Part shown: positions 54,751 to 64,000 of the stretch, one piece after another
Layout: the number at the start of each line of letters is the position of its first letter
Position numbering within the stretch: the first letter of the stretch is position 1
Source: the human T2T-CHM13v2.0 reference genome, Homo sapiens
Assembly: GCF_009914755.1 (NCBI RefSeq)
Contig: NC_060926.1
Strand: one strand, 5' to 3'
Length of the DNA: 64,000 bases
Translations under genes and position numbers: made by a program
The notes under the pieces: generated by a model
Database searches by the model: none
What the model saw: only the letters and a program-made list of their open reading frames with translations
Told to the model about the DNA's origin: nothing

Positions 54751-55478
54751 TTATCTTGCATTGCTGAAAAGTAATACCTGAGACTGGGTAATTTATAAAG
54801 AGGTTTAATTGGCTCATGGTTCTGCAGCCTATAGGAAGCATGACACAGGCATCAGCTCAGCTTCTGGGGAGACCTCAGGGAGCTTTTACTCACAGTGGAA
54901 GATGAAGCAGGAGCAGACATCTCACATAGCAGAGCAGGAGCAAGAGAAAGAGAGTAGGGGGCCAGGTGCAGTGGCTCACACCTGGAATCCCAGCACTTTG
55001 GGAGGCCAAGGTGGGCAGATCACTTGAGGTCAGGAGTTTGAGACCAGCCTGGCCAACATGGTTAAACCACGTCACTACAAAAAATACAAAAATTAGCTGG
55101 GCGTGGTGGTGCGCACCTGTGATCCCAGCTATTCAGGAGGCTGAGGCACGAGAATCACTTGAACCCGGAAGGTGGGGGTTGCAGTGAGTCAAGGTTGTGC
55201 CACTGCACCACAGCCTGGGTGACAGAGCAAGATCCTGTCTTTTAAAAAAAAAAAAAAGAGAAAGAGAGTGCAGTGGGGGAGATGCCACACACTTTTAAAT
55301 GACCAGATCTCACGTGAACTCAGTCACTATTGCAATGACAGCACCAAGAAGATGGTGCTAAACCATTCATGAGAATTCTACACCATGTTCCAATCACCTT
55401 TCATCAGGCCCCATCTTCAATATTGGGGATTACAATTCAACATGAGATTACGTGGCATCATGTATTGAAACTGTATCA
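54747..55478 (-). mobile_element. MSTA/B-type MaLR LTR interrupted by Alu 54960-55258
   Basis: atacctgagactgggtaatttataaagaggtttaattggctcatggttctgcag...ggggattacaattcaacatgagatt. Confidence 0.75.
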
Positions 55479-56005
55479 GTGTGTGATTGTATGTGTGTGT
55501 TTCCCACTGCACTCAGCACCCAAGCATGTATTGTTGACCCCACACCATCAGGTGGCCTCCGCCAGCCCTCTCCCCTCCTGTCCACTGAGCCTCCCAGCTC
55601 TTCATCCTTCCCCTGCACACTGACCTTTTATATCTGTCCCTGGAGCAAACCATGCCCATTTCCGCTTGCTGTTCCCTCTGCATGGAATGCTGTGTTCCCA
55701 GGTTTCCAAGTGTTGACTCTGCGAGAAAAGGCCACTCCAAGAAAGAGGGATCTTAAAGATTCAGCTTCCATGTTACTTCCTGGTGTGTCCTTTCCTGACC
55801 TCCCAACATATCCCCCACGTCCCTCTCACCTCAGCCTCTTTTATTGTCTCCATGGCCTTATTGCTATTGAAAATGATCTCAGTTGTTAACTCCAGAACGG
55901 TAGCTCCCTAGGGGAGGGACCTTGCCTTCCGTACCAACCGGATCTCCAGCCTCTAAAGCAATATATAGTAGGTACTCAATAAACATGTACTGAATGAGTA
56001 AGTGA

Positions 56006-56318
<313 letters not shown>

Positions 56319-57291
56319 TAAAACAAAAGACAAACTGACAATTAATCAGTGAGCAACCATAGGACATAGGGTTGGAGGTGCGGGCTAGGTACTCTTAAAA
56401 TTGCCTAACAGTGCAGTGCTGGACCAGACCCCTAGCCTCTGTACGCCTCAGATTCCTCATCACCAGACAGGCATAACCATCCCTGCCTTGCTTGCTTCAC
56501 AGGCCTAATGTGGACCGGAGTGCTTTGGAGAAAGTTGAAACTGTACAGGTATCAAAGAATGTCTTCTAGAAGAGCTGCTCCCATAATTCTGTAGATGTAT
56601 TATGCTTTTTCTTAATCCCCTGCTGAAGCAAATTGGAAGTTCATTGCTTCCTACTAGAGTTTGCTACACATTTGTTTTTCTGTAAGACCAAGACCCCAGG
56701 ATCCAAGACCCTCTGATTCAGCATCAGAGTCCTGTGTCTCAGCAATGGTTCTGGTGATTAAGCAAAGCAGAGACTGTCTGCTCGGCTGCATGTCATGTGT
56801 GCTGGATGCACTGTGGACGTCTGACTGGACACAAAGTGCTCCCTTCTGGGATGGATTGTCCCCAGACTCTTCTCCGTGGATTCTCCCAACAGTCCTGAGT
56901 TCATCGAATTTTATATTTTCCATAAAAATGACTTAGGAAATAAAAGGTTGTGATTTCATTTGTATATCTTTGTAAGATTTCTCACACGAGTAAATCCTCA
57001 AATCAGTGGGGAAAAACCTTTGTCAGATTAAATGGAACGATATCGTATTTGTGTCTCTCTAGTGGGACTGCCAGGCAGTGACTCTGTCAGTGGGTTGATA
57101 TCTCAACACTCTGTTCATTCTAGACTCAACGTCTCTTCTCATTTATGACGTCCCCGCCACATCTCTGCTGTGACAATTCAGACTTTGTGCGGAGTGGCAG
57201 TGGGCAGTGATGGTCGCATTTCCAATGAACATAAACGTCCTTTGTTCCGTACGGATGGTGGCTGGGAAGTTTCCTTCAGAGGCTCTGCTAA

Positions 57292-57558
<267 letters not shown>

Positions 57559-57808
57559 TAGGACTACAGGTATGTGCCATCACAGCCGGCTAATATTTTA
57601 ATTTTTTGTAGAGATGGGGTTTTGTTTTGCCATGTTGCCCAGGCTGGTCTCAAACTCCTGGGCTCAAGCGATCCACCCATCTCGGCCTCCTGAAGTGCTG
57701 GGGTTACAGTTGTGAGCCACTGTGCCCAGCCAAAATCTTTTTGCTACCGTCAGAGATGGTTTTCCCTGGATAAGGATGAGCAGGATTCATTTACAACTGG
57801 GCTCCTCA

Positions 57809-58240
<432 letters not shown>

Positions 58241-58509
58241 TCAGGAGGAAAGAGGGTAAGAATCTCATGGCACCCAGAGGAAATGCAGCCACTGTGGAAG
58301 AGGAATCGAATCTGCTGAGACTGAGACACTCAGCTACCCAGTGGGTGTCACTGGCAAAACACGTGAGAACTGCTACTTTCTGTCAAAATGGAAGCCCAGT
58401 TAGGGGAATCATCTATCTCCCTGTTCTTACAGATAAATGAAAGTACTGAATTAATGGCATTGCCTTAAAAGATTCCCTCTGGTCTCAGTCATCTCCTATC
58501 AAAAACAGG

Positions 58510-59092
58510 GATGGGTGCTGTATGATGTGAGTCTAGCCAGGAGACCGGAACCTGTGATTTGAACAGAGAATTAACTATAAAGAGTTGTTTACAGGCATAG
58601 AGTTTTTCACCACCAAAAGGACAAAGCAAGAAGTCTAAGGAATCAGGGAAGTAGCAGTGACTGGAAGAAACCACCACCTCTAGGGCTGGGAAACTCAAAG
58701 AAAGAGAAAGATTTAGAGACCTTGAAGAGCTAAAACTCCGTAGAGCTAAAACTCTGACCCTTCTGCTCAGCTGGTGCTAGTGTTTTCAAGGAGCACAATG
58801 AGGGGGGTTCTGCGAGTGTTGGGAAATCTGCAAATGGCTGCGGCAGGAAGGAACTGGCAATGCCAGGGTGAGGAAGTGTTGCAAGGGCACGCTCTCGGGG
58901 TGGGAAGCAGACAGAAAGGGTCAAGTCCCTTTTCCTCCTGCCCCACAGTCTCCCTCAAATGCCTCTTGGGATAGCCTAACAGGGAGTGTCCGGCAAAGCA
59001 GAAGTATAGTTTGCAGAGCCAGACCCAGCATCTCCCAGTGGAGAAGAGTAGGTGGGTTTGGAGCTGAGAGACAGTGACTTAATAGCTGGCAC
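58510..59092 (-). mobile_element. ERVL-type LTR (LTR41/LTR52-like)
   Basis: Ends gggtttggagctgagagacagtgacttaatagctggcac. Confidence 0.45.
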
Positions 59093-59197
59093 CAGGGAGG
59101 TCCCATCTCTAAGGCTGTCCCCCCGCTCTGGGCTTCTAGGACTTTTCCTGCTTTTTACCGTTTTTGAAACAGCATTTACTTATATTTATTTACCTAC

Positions 59198-62074
<2,877 letters not shown>

Positions 62075-62075
<1 letters not shown>

Positions 62076-62233
62076 CACACACTCACACTAACACACACAC
62101 ACTCACACTAACACACACACACACTCACAACCTCACACACCCTCACACACACGCACACTCACCCACCCTCACACACACTCATGCACACTCTCACACCCTC
62201 ACTCACACACACAGACACACACACACACACACA
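62075..62233. repeat. Degenerate (CA)n-rich repeat
   Basis: Directly visible. Confidence 0.9.
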
Positions 62234-62587
62234 CCATCCCTCCTGCATCCTCCTTCTGCCTCCACTCTAGCCTAAGCCTGCCTCCACCCTGGTGTCTGGG
62301 TGGGTTCTGAGACTACTTAGCCACTCTCAGCAGGTGCAGCTCTTGCCTCAGGGTGCCGAGCTTTCCCAGAGGCCTGCTCTCCTGCTGCCTCCATCCTCCA
62401 CTGGGCAGGCCCTGCTCAAGGCTGAGGAGCCAGCCCCCTACTAACATCTGCTGCTGATGGAGGGAACTCTGCCCCTAAGACAGGTCACAAGGATGCCTCC
62501 CCCTTCCCTGTCACCTACCACTGCCCACAAGGCCCTGCTCCTGACATTCCTGAAATGCCATACTCTGAAGCACAGGGAAGGATGCTG

Positions 62588-63060
62588 AGGCAGAGGCTGC
62601 TACCACTCACTCATTACCACCCCTCTTCCCTCCTCAGCAACAGAACCCTGGCAATGTGTGCAGCTGAAGACTGCACCACCCAGGCAACCTTGCAATTAGG
62701 TGTGGCCAGGTGACTCCATTCTGACTTGTCCCAGTGACATGTCAGCGGGACTGAGAAAAGTGCTTTGAAAGAGCCCATCCTTCCCCGCAAGGACTGCGTC
62801 CTCCCCACGGTCCAGGATGCGGGTTCCAGGTGGATCTCCAGCAGCCAGCCCTCATGACTGCAAGGCGACCTTGAGAAAGGAAGCCATGTGCTACAGACAC
62901 AGAAGATACAGAAGGACAGAGAGTCTGGGTCCCTAATGCCCATGAGCCACAGGGCCAGCCTTCCATTGCCTATGACAGGATTCTTTCATATAAACAAAAC
63001 AAGACAAACACATATGCAATCAAACAAATGTAACTTCATCCTTTCTGTTACATGCAGCTG
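62588..63060 (+). mobile_element. MLT1J/K-like LTR
   Basis: ggcagaggctgct...cagaaccc...ttgcaattaggtgtggccaggtgact. Confidence 0.5.
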
Positions 63061-63564
63061 GTTTAATCCTTCCTGACACAGATGCAAACAGGTGGTTAAT
63101 CCCCGGGGGAAGGAGAAAGGGCTGCTGCCCAGGTAGGAGGCCATGCAGCAAAGGGAGAACGCTGTCGGGGAGACAGATAACATCAGGGATTGGCAAGGAG
63201 GTGGGGAGACTGGTACTTGCCCCCCACCAATGCTGGTGGACAATGTTGGCAATATTTACAATATAAATGCACACGCCCTCCAACCCAACAATTACGTTTC
63301 TAGGTCTTTATTTTAGAGACACACTCATCCAGATGCACAGAGAGGCTTGTAAAGAATGTTCTTGGCAGGGTGCGTGGCTCATGCCTGTAATCTCAGCACT
63401 TTAGGAGGCCTAGGTGGGAGGAACACTTGATTTTGAGTATTTCAGACAATGCTGTGAAGAACATTCTATATTTCTTTGGGGTTAGAACAGCTCTTAGAAT
63501 GTTCTTGGCAGCCTTGTTTGAAATACTCAAAGTAGCTGAATGCTTACTGTTAAGGAATTGTTGA

Positions 63565-63998
<434 letters not shown>

Positions 63999-64000
63999 GC

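Overview
Human-type (primate) genomic DNA. The first ~36 kb hold coding exons 2-18 of NCAPH (condensin I kleisin CAP-H/BRRN1) on the + strand. Exon 1 and the promoter lie upstream of the window. All 17 exons have GT-AG boundaries, stay in frame and end at TGA 35959-35961, followed by a 3'UTR with several candidate poly(A) signals. Downstream is repeat-dense intergenic DNA: a full-length ~6.15 kb L1PA3-like LINE-1 (intact ORF1, ORF2 broken by one in-frame stop, long open ORF0) nested in a Tigger-type DNA transposon, about 50 Alus, MaLR/ERVL LTRs and old L1/L2/MIR fragments. Nearly all other ORF-track entries are Alu/repeat translations. I see no convincing new multi-gene system. The most unusual signals are: (i) a 55-bp fully pairable inverted duplication around an intronic AluY, (ii) a 171-bp templated insertion with an inverted leader, (iii) a 212-codon L1 ORF0 running out of the element antisense toward NCAPH, (iv) ORF2 with only one stop codon, (v) a consensus-like competing donor after exon 17 that would truncate the kleisin C-terminus without NMD, and (vi) paired Pumilio elements at the proximal poly(A) site. 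Repeat subfamily names and boundaries were assigned by eye and are approximate.
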